64,000 nt of DNA from Tubiluchus corallicola (Eukaryota; Animalia; Priapulida), in NCBI GenBank assembly GCA_030141605.1, contig JAQGDQ010000687.1, positions 48,675 through 112,674 of the forward strand, written 5' to 3'. The notes beneath the pieces are model-generated. The model did no database searches. It saw nothing but the letters and a program-made list of their open reading frames with translations, and had not been told where the DNA came from. Below are positions 1-11,700 of this stretch, piece after piece. Positions within the stretch are counted from its first letter, which is position 1, and each line of letters opens with the position of its first letter. Both the position numbers and the translations under genes were made by a program.

Positions 1-569
1 TCCGATCTAGCCAAAGGCTTGAACAACTTGCCTGTGAATAATATTTAAAAGTTTGAAATAATGCACTTGTAATAGCCTTGTAATTAGCACTTGTAATAGC
101 AAAGCTCTCTTGTGCAATACGATTATGCAATACAATTTTAATGCACTGTAACACAATGTAAAAACTGTGCTCAAAACACAAAATTCAGCGAAATGAAACG
201 ACAGGACATGCCATGTATGCTATTCATCAGATTATAAATTAACACAATCGAAATAAATATGGTATCAAGTTATGCTATTAACGCAAAACAAAGGGATACA
301 CCGCGAGATAAAATGAAAAATGTCACACTGTCTTAAAGACAAATTATCTTTACTTTAGTTATGTAAATTTCAGTTATAGTTTTGCAAGATTTTACAAAAT
401 TGAAGTGTAAATCTTTCCGCTTTTCATTAACCAGAAAGCCAGCTATAATGTAAGCTAACAACATATCGGCGCATCGGAACGTAATGCAATGCAAAGCAAT
501 AACGCAACTGTAACATGGTACAGCACTGTATACAATATACCACAGAATCTAGATAACAGTGCAATGCTA

Positions 570-950
570 CCTGTTATGTCGTAATAGATTACGTTACGAC
601 GTTACGTTACATGTTTTCATGTAATGTTATATTGCATCATGTTATGTTATATTGTGTTGCATTTTGTTGCGTTGTGTTGTGCTGTGTTCTGTTATGTTAT
701 GCAATGCTGTGCTGGACTATACTGTGTCATGCTATACTGTGTTATGTTATGTTGCGTTACGTTACGTTATATTATGCTGTATTACTTATATTTTGTCGTG
801 TCATGTTATGCTATGTCATGTCGTGTCGTGTCGTGTCGTGTTCATGTCATGTCGTGTCATGTTATTTTATATATCACAGGACAATACAATATTACCCAAC
901 GTAATACAAACCATTAGAGCGCAACACAACAAAATTATACTGAATTTTAT
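570..950. repeat. Degenerate pentanucleotide satellite (TGTTA/TGTCG/CGTTA units)
   Basis: Runs such as gttacgttac, tgttatgttat and tgtcgtgtcgtgtcg; complementary-sense (ACAAT-like) degenerate units at about 100-560 and 880-950. Explains the three overlapping C/V/Y-rich ORFs at 611-960. Confidence 0.85.
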
Positions 951-975
951 TTCATACTGACAATGTTTGTTTCAG

Positions 976-1138
976 ATCAGGAATCTCAATAAATGGGAAC
1001 CGAAATGCAGACTTTTACGTGGCCAAAAGGAACTGCTGTTGTATGGTAAACAGTTATAGGATGCGCACGAGACACATAAGCAATTTAGCCGTGTCATATA
1101 AATTTATTCGCAGTTGTGCGTGTGGTCCCTGCTACTGA
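976..1138 (+). CDS. Probable terminal coding exon of a cystine-knot-like secreted protein (upstream exons outside window)
   Basis: Acceptor tttgtttcag| ends at 975. The frame from 977 reads SGISINGNRNADFYVAKRNCCCMVNSYRMRTRHISNLAVSYKFIRSCACGPCY* (TGA 1136-1138). A CC cluster followed by a terminal I-x-S-C-x-C-x-x-C is typical of the C-terminal half of cystine-knot hormones (glycoprotein hormone/bursicon/DAN-like). Confidence 0.5.
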
Positions 1139-4100
1139 AAAGTGTCCTCACCAGTGGTTGTGCCATGTAACCAACACTTTCCTAATTCTTGTAAATTTAA
1201 CGTGGAGCTGGGAGAAGCATTTTATTTCGAACAACGATGAGTCTGTAAGAAATGGCTAAAGTAAAACGATGCTGTCACTTCAAAGAACACAACATGCTTC
1301 AACCTCATCATAGAAATGATCTGACATGTTTAGTAATTTCAGAACGGGAATCGACTGTTTACCATGCATGCATGTAAGCAGTTATCTACGGACTGCAAAA
1401 ACGATATAGCTGTGTGTAGAAGGACCAAACAAGCCACCAAGGACTCTATAATCTGAATCAGAATATACCATAAAACTGTCATTATTTGCCATTATGTAAT
1501 GCACGCTATCAAGTTAATGATCAGTGCGCAATTCGCGATTACGAAAACAGTTACCAGATCATATTTTACTTCACACAAGAGGACAGCGACTTTTAGTCAA
1601 GGCTGGATCTTAAATTATAGCAAGTTATTTGTATAGTTGGCTTATTACACAAAATTAGATATACCTGTCAACCGTGTATGTCGTTGCCTCAGCTGCAAGC
1701 ATTGATGCAAAGTAGCAACAATTTATGCAATAGGTACGGTCCAGTATTTGGCGATTAATCTGCTATTCTAGTCTCCTGGTCAAAAGGGCATCTTCACTTC
1801 TATCCGATCTACCACATTTCTCTTTGTTATGTTACGGTAACCACATAAAGATGAATTTCACGCGGTTTGTGCGGGTGATGGGAAGCAAATATAGCCATTC
1901 TAATGAGCCATGTTAAAGGGGAAGAAAAAGGAATTTTAAAGTATATTCCTTTCCACACAAAATTATAATACTTAGCATTACTGTTTCCTGTTTGAAAGAC
2001 TTATGCAATTGGAAAAGAAAATCAATAATAATTTAAATGTTCACGCCAGGTTGCCTGTAGAACATCATTATGCTCTGATAATTTTTTAAAACTTTATGCA
2101 ATATCATCTAAACTATGTTCAGAAGACTTTCTGTTGAAATGGCTGCACCTAACGATTATCGCGACAGCTTAAATTTACAACTTTTATACAGCGTTACTGC
2201 TAACGCAAACTCTGTATGCAATAAGGTGGCATGTCAACGGTACAAAATTTCAAGACCAGTTTTTAAGCTTTATTTTTGAAGAATGTTTTCTTGTTCCTTA
2301 ATTTATGAAAAGTGGTACATGTGGCTCACGGGAAAAATCGACATATTGAACAAAATCATGCAGATCACAACTAAGTCTTTGTCATAGGGGTGTTTGCTCC
2401 TTGTTGTTGGAATTCTGTGATTTCGCACAGATTTTGCCGTCTAATGTGAGCGGGAACGCAAAAACATTAAATTTGATTTATACATCATGGCTTATGGCAC
2501 AACAATTAAAAATTGATTAGGGATTTACATAATGACTAGGGCAGCTCATTTGGAGGGCATTATCACATTCTTATGAGATGAAAAACATTCTTATGAGATG
2601 AAAATCATGTCATTCGTGTGAACTGCTACGAAATCGGAAGGGATAGTAAATTTACGCAGGAAACCTTTGGGAGTCGCTCTATTACAATATTAAATGCTAT
2701 ATCATTAAAAAACTGAATCCGGGTAAATACAATCAAGGCTGAGTGAACAAAACAAAATAAACGAATGAACAGCAAGACATCAAAACAGGACAAAGGCAAT
2801 GTTTAAAGTACATTTTTAACAATTTGTTGTAGAGCTTTGATTTAAGCGAACGTAAGCAACAAAGTTTTTGATTGAAGTCACGCTGTTTTTGTATGTTTCG
2901 AGCTCTAAAATGGGATTCCTGGAAATGCTTGATGAGCTTAGTATATAGCAAGTAATGCAGACCAGAATTTTTTTCTTATGAACAGCCTTGGAAATCACGT
3001 GCATAGTATGTACGAATTTATTACTTCCTAGATTCTTTCGACGCTGCTTTCATAACAATTTTAAAGAATGATTTTTGTGCAGTAAAATTTATTTTACCAA
3101 TATGAGGAAATAGATGAGAAATAATTGCTTCGAATCTTCACAGCCTTACAAATTCCTTTTATTTGAATGGATATTAGGACAAAGATATTATAAAAGATTA
3201 CATAGTAATGCGTATTTATTTGACACGAGTTAAACAGGATCAGAGGAAACCTTCTGGGTCGATAGACTGATGACATGTTTCTAAAATAATTGTTATAATA
3301 ATTGGTTTTTCTATTTTACATTAACTTACAATGCTAAGTTTAACTAATGGTAATTAATTTCGCTATGTGCTAAAATTTAGTCAACAAAAGTGCCGTGTGC
3401 ACTGTTTGTCTTCGATTCGACAGACTTTAAAATTTTTTAAAAGATTCGATCATAATGGAAGAGTATTAAGGTAAATATATACATCGTTACTCAAAAAATC
3501 GGTATACTTCTTTTCGATATAAAGTTTTTGATGCAAATGATAAATAATTCCATATTGTTCGGACATTTTATTTTGGCATGCACACCCCATGTCGTTTAGC
3601 GATTTCTTCGTTTATGAATTAAATACGTAACCAAACCCGTAAAATGTCGTCTTCTTATCATTTATAAATTATAGCACAATGAGCTCTTGAATTATTACAG
3701 CCTCAATCAGAATAGCGCAGTGAAATGACCACAATCATGCAGACGCGTAGTAATCCTTGCAAAATTTTAATCGATCATGATAAGTGATTACTTACATCTC
3801 GGACTGTGGGCAGACATTCTTTGCATTCAGAATTAAAGACTACATAGAGTACCTAATTAAAATCTCTGTTATTTTACGAATGCTTTATTAATTGTGCCAC
3901 CCACATGTTGTTTTCTTTGCCAATTTCACAATTATTATCATTAAATTTGATCCAAAATAGCAATATACAGAAGAAATTTTGCAGCCACAAGTTTTACAAT
4001 ACCTAGTGTACTTAGTGAAGCAGGCTCATCAAGTTTATTGATTAAGTATACAATAACGTTATAATGCAAAACAGGAAGCATGTTACTGTGCACCCCATTT

Positions 4101-4314
4101 TGAGGCTGTTTGTGAATCATGACAAAAGTGATGCCTTTAGGCTTCCTATACTAAAGCATCACTAAAATACTATTCGTGTTAGCATACGTATTCGTTTTCG
4201 ATTGCAAATAACAACCAGAAAGCCTTGTTGGACGTGCGAAGTTTAGGCAAATTAGTAAGCTAGTAGGCATCTCCTTCGCTTTCTAAGAAAGATACTGTAA
4301 TTTAATACAATAAA

Positions 4315-4334
4315 TTCTTCTTCTTCTTCTTCTT

Positions 4335-4418
<84 letters not shown>

Positions 4419-4439
4419 TTTGTTATTGGTATTTTCCTT

Positions 4440-4512
<73 letters not shown>

Positions 4513-4566
4513 GCTGCTGCTGCTATATATATAAATATATATATTTAATAGATAGATAGATAGATA
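4315..4566. repeat. Compound microsatellite (TTC)n-(TTA)n-(ACT)n-(GCT)n-(TA)n-(GATA)n
   Basis: Directly visible adjacent perfect tandem runs. Confidence 0.97.
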
Positions 4567-5439
4567 CACATGTATAAATGCTCAGTGGGTGCAATTTGTA
4601 CATGTATAGTCGGTACCAGCGACAGCTTGAGACAGTGCTGCAAGCAATCTGTCAATCTCAAAAAATTGTTTAATTCAATAAAGTTATTAAAAAGATTATT
4701 AATGTAACAGAGTTATTACTTTCACCTAACTTTCAAAATCGATGCTGCATCTGCTTTCTCTTGGACCAGCTGCTAAATACAGCAAAAGAACTTTTTGTTT
4801 ATTCTTAACAAAAGTAATTAGTGTTGATTGTACTAAGACAAGAACTACGAGATTCCGTGACTAACACAAGTTACAAAAATTTATTAATCAAACCTAAGCT
4901 TTGGTCAAAACTCAAGAACGGCGGACGTCTGTATCCAAGGACATTGGATTTCATAGTGTCATTGCATATGGTCACTGTATATGAACACTGATTCATACAA
5001 ATGCTGCAAACAAGGCAACATTCAAGGCAGAGGACAGTTGCAGAATATGAATGTAGATTCGAGAAAATAAAAGCATTTCTTGATGTTCTTCTAGACACAA
5101 ATAAGGTGGTAGTTAACAAGGGTACAATTTTCTGGTAAATAACTTCATAAATAAGAAGCCCGAGGGGCAAACTAGATTTTTAACAGCTGTCCTGTGTCTA
5201 CGAATGTTCAAGGCAATGATGTGGAAAACATTAGCAAAACCGAGCAAACCGACTACTGAAGAGCAACCTTTGATACGATTGATCATTCATGCTTACACAT
5301 TGTTATGACATAAGCGGGATCGCAAAAACTGGCTCAGAAGCAATTATATGTAATCGTTATCAAGGTGTTCGTTGCAATGTAGTGTACCACGAGCCTCTAT
5401 TTTGGTCCTATTTTGTTTTTGGTGTGTATAAATGATATT

Positions 5440-6600
5440 GTTAATGTTGAAGATAACTTACGTATTACGTTGTTTGTCGACAATACTACTATTTTATAAA
5501 TGTTAAAACAAACAATGGAAGTCATAGAAATACTACACTGTCAACGCTGTTAACTTGGTTTAAAGGAAACAAAACAATTTCAAATCTTAATAAAACCAAA
5601 TGTATCATGTTCCGCCCAAAAAATAAATGTTTAATAAATAATTCAAATCTTTCAGTTGATATCAGATTTGAACATCAAACAAATGAAAAATAAGTTTTTT
5701 TGGTGTTATTTTGCATGAACACTTACAATCTAATTTGAAAAATTAATTTACAATAAAAAGTGATAGTAGTCAAAATTGTCTAAAATATCGGTATAATTTC
5801 TTATATGAAAAATATTCTTTGAAAACGAATACTTATTTACCTTATATAATTCACTAATTCTTCCCTACTTAAATTATTCTTCACTTCCCCAGGGTTCAAC
5901 TTATATAACCAACTTAGAACCACTGCAAAGGCTCTACAGTTACAACATAAATTCATTTGCTGTTTCTTTGGTGTCATTAAATTTACAACTGTCTCTTGCT
6001 TTCATTTTAAAATATTAATGATATAGTTAAATACATCATTGTTTTATTTGTTAATGTACAAAATTAAAAACAAAATGCTTCCATTTCTTATGAAACCATT
6101 AAAATTTTGTGAGAAATGCAATGATACCAGATTCAATGAATGTGTCAGTTTTTGCAGAACAACTTATATTCTAAGGATCTAAATTGTGGAACACATTGCT
6201 TGGTATCATCAAGCATGTAACAAATCTTCACAGATTTAAAACTTGCTTAAACAGCACTTATTATAAATTCAGATTGAATCTGGCTAGAACAAATTATGAA
6301 TATGCTGTCCGTTTACTGTTCTACCCACTGACAAGAATCCTTTTAAAATAATTTTGTTATCACTGGGAACATAATTACTCATCATCCACTTCTGACATTC
6401 ATCATTCACTCATTCCTTTCCGTTATTTGTGCTTTCCTTCTTTATGTAACAACACAACATTATGTAACAAAAATACGTATCCCAGTAGATCATTGGTGGT
6501 CTGCGTTTGGGCCTTGATCACCGATGATCTACTTGGATACGTATTTAATATCTTAACATTCTTTGAAAATAACAAATTGTTTTCGTTCAATAACAATAAA
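5440..6600 (+). mobile_element. Decayed 5'-truncated LINE (CR1/L2-type), 3' part of reverse transcriptase ORF plus 3' tail
   Basis: Frameshifted translation gives RT C-terminal motifs typical of CR1/L2 ORF2: LFVDNTT (FADDTT-like), WFKGNK..NLNKTKCIMF, GVILHEHL, LYNSLILPYLNY. Many stops. Confidence 0.7.
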
Positions 6601-6699
6601 ATTAACAGTAACGACCATTGGTCCAGGAACTCACTGAACAGAGTGTGGATGAGAAATCTGGCTACGTCAATAGATGCGATTTTTGTTCTAATATCTCAT

Positions 6700-7210
6700 T
6701 TGCAGATTTAGATTTACGTTTAGGCTTTTAGGTATTTTTAGAAAATGATGACAATGCTGTCATCTTGAATTCAATATGGCAAAACAAAAACTCGACTCTG
6801 TATAATGTTTCGATCCTGACAATCCATTGCAAAAAGGATGTGTAAGTTTTTTTCCAAAAAAATATGTTATTGCTTCTATCTTGAACTTAGGATAGTAGAT
6901 CAAAAATCCGCCTCTGCTAGCCATTGCGGAGTTCATGCTAGTATATTCCCGCAAAGTTTCGAAACAGATCCATTGCAATTTGGCAGAACGATGTGTTTTT
7001 TCGAAAATGAGGTTGTCGCCTCCATCTTGAATTCAAAATGTCAGTCGATGCAGAATTCGTTCTAGTGCATCATCGTGAACTTTCATCATGACAATCCATT
7101 GGAAAATTGGCGGGGCCTTGCTAGTTCTTTTCAACAAGTCTACCCTCACACCAAGAACAACAACAACATCCAGAAAAGTAGCAATTTAGGTCGAAACTTC
7201 GATCAAAAAC
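6700..7210 (+). repeat. Dispersed repeat with internal subrepeats (gccatcttgaattcaa.atgg / aaagtttcatga..atccatt), non-autonomous Helitron/Helentron-like; same family as 22280-22850
   Basis: Shared motifs catcttgaattcaaaatg, gcagaattcgttctagt and tttctcgaaaatga occur repeatedly here and at 22300-22830. The family assignment is an inference. Confidence 0.55.
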
Positions 7211-7775
7211 TACATTCTTGCTCTATATACTTGAATGACAGACTACGGAGCTTCTCTGCAATTCTTATAGGTGAGTCAGATAACATTTCACATCTTCTTG
7301 TGGTGATTTTGGCTGCATGTGTTCTAACCATAAACAAAGGCAGTTGCACATTTGCACAGTTCTTTTTGAAATAATTAGTGCACTAAGTCCTACAAATAAA
7401 AGTTTCCTCGAGAGCCAGTAACAGTTCATATTTCCTCTAATTGATGGGAAAATAAAAAAGTTAATCTTATTCAAGCAAACGCTATTTGTGAGAACAGGTC
7501 TACACACACTGTTGAGAAGCTCACTGTTGAACTGGACCAAACTGAAATTTGAAAAGAAACTTGACGACTGGCAAACTAAAACCAGGACTACATTTAGCTT
7601 CCACTAATATTTTTCACAAGTTGCATGCCGATGTGACCAAACCACCCTGTCTCTCTTAGCTGTCACATCATTAATTTTGTTGATGCTGTATACTTTGTTA
7701 TTGAGACAAATAAAATTGTTCTGTATTCTGTGAAGCCGTACAATGCAGGACCTGCAGTAATTATGTGGTAAACAG

Positions 7776-8032
7776 CAGGGCCGGCCTTAGGTAATTGTAG
7801 GCCCTAGGCGAAGTGAATTTGGTGGCCCCAAATGAAATAGAAAAATAAAAAATAAATACGAAAAAAATAAAATTATTTTTATTAAAAACTACCTGTATTT
7901 ATATCTAAATCAACAAATAACTGAAATTTATACAAACATATTCGGGCAGATGTCATAAACCTTCAACAAAAATCAACTTTTCGTGCTTTGATGGCAGCAA
8001 AGTCTGCAATAAATTGTGAATAATCCAGAGAC

Positions 8033-8108
<76 letters not shown>

Positions 8109-8262
8109 GAGGGAGGGAGAGAGACAGACAGGGAGAGAGGGAGACAGGCAGGGAGAGAGAGAGACAGGGAGGGAGAGAGGAGGCAGTATGTTCGCATAAA
8201 GAAAAAAAGTTACCTCGGCGTGAGGCCCCCCCCCCTGGAGGGTGAGGCCCTAGGCGGCAGGG
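7776..8262. mobile_element. hAT-type MITE remnant (CAGGGCCGGCC terminus) containing a (GA)n microsatellite
   Basis: Starts cagggccggccttagg with subterminal ggccctaggcg, which recurs near 8246-8256; right TIR not intact; (GA)n at about 8035-8180. Confidence 0.5.
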
Positions 8263-8479
8263 TCAAATAATTTTGAGAATAAAACAATTGCTGCAATCAG
8301 GCAGAATCAACATACAGTAATAACCAATAATCTCTAAATGTTCAAGCAGGTTTTTGCACATTTTACTAACGAATTATATTGTCTTGACTAAATTACATAA
8401 AATTATTATTAATAATTATTAGGTTATGACTGTGAATGCCAGAAATGGACAGGTTTAATGAATTTTTTTTAAACACAGC

Positions 8480-8560
8480 TGCGCGCGATAAGAGAGTACA
8501 CATTTCAGACAAGGCACGGTGCACTTCACGTGATTTCCCAATCAGCGGCGCATTATCATG
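8480..8560 (+). promoter_or_regulatory. Putative Hikeshi proximal promoter (E-box TCACGTGA, CCAAT box, CpG-rich patch)
   Basis: tcacgtga at 8526-8533, ccaatcag from 8538 and gcgcgcga at about 8481, 180-240 bp upstream of the Hikeshi ATG in otherwise CpG-poor DNA. Confidence 0.45.
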
Positions 8561-8723
8561 GATGCTTCCTTCATTAAAGTTCATTCTATCTAAGTGAAAT
8601 TCGGAACCTTTTTATCTAAGCTTTTACTAAATATATGCCAACCTGTGTCCATTCCATAAATTTTGATAGATTTTTATTAATCGCGACGTATTGGTGTTGA
8701 CATTTTGATATGTTGTTGCTGCA

Positions 8724-11700
8724 ATGTTCGGTGTAATAGTTGCTGGTCGTTTGGTAATTAAAGTAGACATATGGGATAGTGTTGTACTGAACTGTGTTAG
8801 AAGCGTTTTTATATATTTCAGATTCCTTACCGCTAATTTCGTAAATGGGTCGTCCCTCGCTGCATTTTCAACATGTTAATGCTTGATACAATTTTTAGAA
8901 AAGCGTTGTAATAATATTTGCAGAACATGGCGAGCACCAGCCGCCATCACTTCTGTGTGAGTGAGTGGCCACCAATGGAGTTAAGGACCGTTTAGACAAT
9001 CATTTTTTCATCAAGCTTCATCACAAAAACTGACATATTCAGACTCAGCATCCAATAGCGTCACTCACTCGTGGCATTACGTCGATTGTTCTTTTTCATG
9101 TTGGGATCTTTAAATGACATCTAGCTCTACTGTGAAACTTAAATCTGTTCCAGTGGTTATTTTACAATGGGACTAGGGTGGCTAGATTAGAAAATTAGAA
9201 ATGGGACACTCTTAAAATCTCTCTATATTACTATATATATATATAAATTTGTACATGCCTACACACCTATCCCAATATGTTATATAAAAATCGAGTTAAA
9301 AACATAAAGCAAGGATTTTAATGCATTAATGGTGAAAACAAAAGTAAAATCATTTGAAAATATTTAATACAGACAACAGAGAAATGTTATTATTATTTAA
9401 GATAGGCAATATAGATAACTAATTTACTGAAGAAGTGAAATCATTGCAAAATTCTTATTCGATAGAGGCAATGTAAAAATGTAATAGAAAATAATTTTGA
9501 ACATTATTGTTTAATATATAAAATAAACCAAAAATTTGCTTAGGCTGGAAAGCAAAACTGTGACCAAAGCAACTGCAACAGGCAGCAAACACGTCAGTTT
9601 TGTGTAAACTTCTAGCAACACGAGTTTCCTTATTAAAACTAAGAACTGTAAAAAGGTTGTAAAAATATAATTTTTATTATGAAATTTGAAAATAACCTAA
9701 ATAAGGGACATTTGGGTGTCCCTGAAAGGTCAGTACAGAACAGGGGACAAAATTGTCAAATAAGGGACATGTCCCATATATAAGGAATGTCTGGCAACTC
9801 TAGATTGAACATCGGGTTTACTGTGGAAATTGAACAAACATTAAAGTACACATGTCCTTCAGATTGTTCTCATTGGATAAAATTTCTAAAAAGTAATTTT
9901 ATTTGTTCTTAATTTTGTCATTTTGTCATCCAGCAAATGGTATAAATATACGATGGTCAGGATTGTTTAATGTTGCCTGATACTGGAACCTGGAGTAGGC
10001 ATATAAAAATGAACTGAATTATTCTATTAATAGTAAATATAAGATAAACTGCACAGATGCTAAAGCAGAAATTGAGGATCTATGTTTAGAAATATCAACA
10101 TCAGATAAAACTAAAGGTGTACTATTTGCTGTATTCTGTTGCCATCCGAATACCCCAACTCTTACATTTCTGAATGAATTAGAATGCCTGTGTAGAGCTA
10201 TTTCCTAATCAAAACAAACTTGCTATCTGTGTGGAGATATCAATTTTATTTTATTGTAGTGCGAGGAATGAGTTTTTGTTTCCAGTTATCTAGACATGCT
10301 ATTCTCTGCCTAATTCTATGCTCTAATTACCAGGCCAAGCAGATCAGGCTAATACATTAATTGACCATATTTATACAAATAATACTGTTAACACATTGAT
10401 TTCAGGATTTAAATTTTATGAAATATCAGATCATCTGGCCATCTTCATAATTGTTAAATGTTCAGGTCTGCTTAGAGAGAAAAATACCAAAACTGTTGGA
10501 ATTAAATCACACTTTTATATTGCTTTGTTTGAAAATAACACAAGCACAAGAATGGCTAATTCAAATTTCTCTAGCTTAGGAACAAATGAAACATTTGACA
10601 TATTATTTGAGATATTTGCTTCTGTTCTTAATTAACACACATCATTAAAGACTTTGACAAGAAAAGAATCACTTACATTTTCTAAGCAATATATTACACC
10701 TGGCATTCCCGCTTTGATAAAAACACAAAGTAAACTTTATTCTATGCACAAACCTTCCAATAGTTATATAAAATAAGTCACTATAAAAAATTCTGAAATA
10801 AGCTTAATCATGTTAAAGAATTATCAAAGAAAAATTATAACACCCAGCTTCAGAAGGAAAACAAAAACGACATGAAGAATATTGTCTACTTTGAATGGTC
10901 TCATATCCAGTAAAAAAGCAGTGTGTAATACCCTATAAAGTTAATAATAATAATGGAGGTGATGTGGTTGATAAAGCTGAAACATGCAACTTGATGAATT
11001 ATCACTTTGCTTCTGTTAGCCTGGATGCAAATCATGACATACTGTAACAGACGGGAACACACTACACCTCTATATTTTAATCTCAACATTCTAAAACTTC
11101 GAGACATTTATTAGCTTGACCTGGCAAAGTTTACGTTCAAATTTAACCACCAAATGTTGCCATCTTTCTTCTCAAATTATTACACCGCCGCTCCTAGTGT
11201 ACATCGTTACCCAACTAAATATGCACATAGCCAATCATATTGTATTGAGAGATTCGGCACTAATACAGGCCAAGACTCTCTAAGAATTTTGAATTTTGAG
11301 TGCCAAATGAAGTAACATCAGGGTCTTATTACAACTTGGTTAAAATGTATAAAAGGATCTTAGTTTTACAATATAATAAAGATTAGTTTACACTACTACC
11401 ATTTAATTACATCATTTAGCGTGCTATTTATTATTCTTTTGTTTATTTTGGCATCTTTTGTTGTTGTTCCTTATATAGTTATATGTGATACTAGTGATCA
11501 AATTGTTTTGTTTTGTGTTATATTTGGTTTTGATTTATTATTTTGTTGCTTGGGCAAGTTCTTCAACTATGTTTTCAATTTTGATATTTGTCTGAGTTTT
11601 GTTTACGTTAGTGAATCAAATTATTTTCATTTTTGTTATATTTTAGTTTGATCTCGTATATTATTTTACTTTCTTGCCCAAGTTCTTCATTTTCGTTTTG

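Noticed and set aside
611-960. Three overlapping Cys/Val/Tyr-rich ORFs
   Set aside because: Translations of a degenerate pentanucleotide satellite.
2733-7540. Possible minus-strand multi-exon gene (ORFs 2733-3276, 4871-5170, 7265-7540)
   Set aside because: No recognisable domain and no consistent phase-compatible exon chain could be built.
8393-8584. Minus-strand 63-aa ORF head-to-head with Hikeshi
   Set aside because: Overlaps promoter motifs and shows no recognisable homology; likely chance.
8594-8608. Heat-shock element upstream of Hikeshi (gaaattcggaa)
   Set aside because: Spacing does not fit nGAAnnTTCnnGAAn.
11421-11651. Hydrophobic 76-aa ORF
   Set aside because: T-rich 3' tail region of the decayed LINE.
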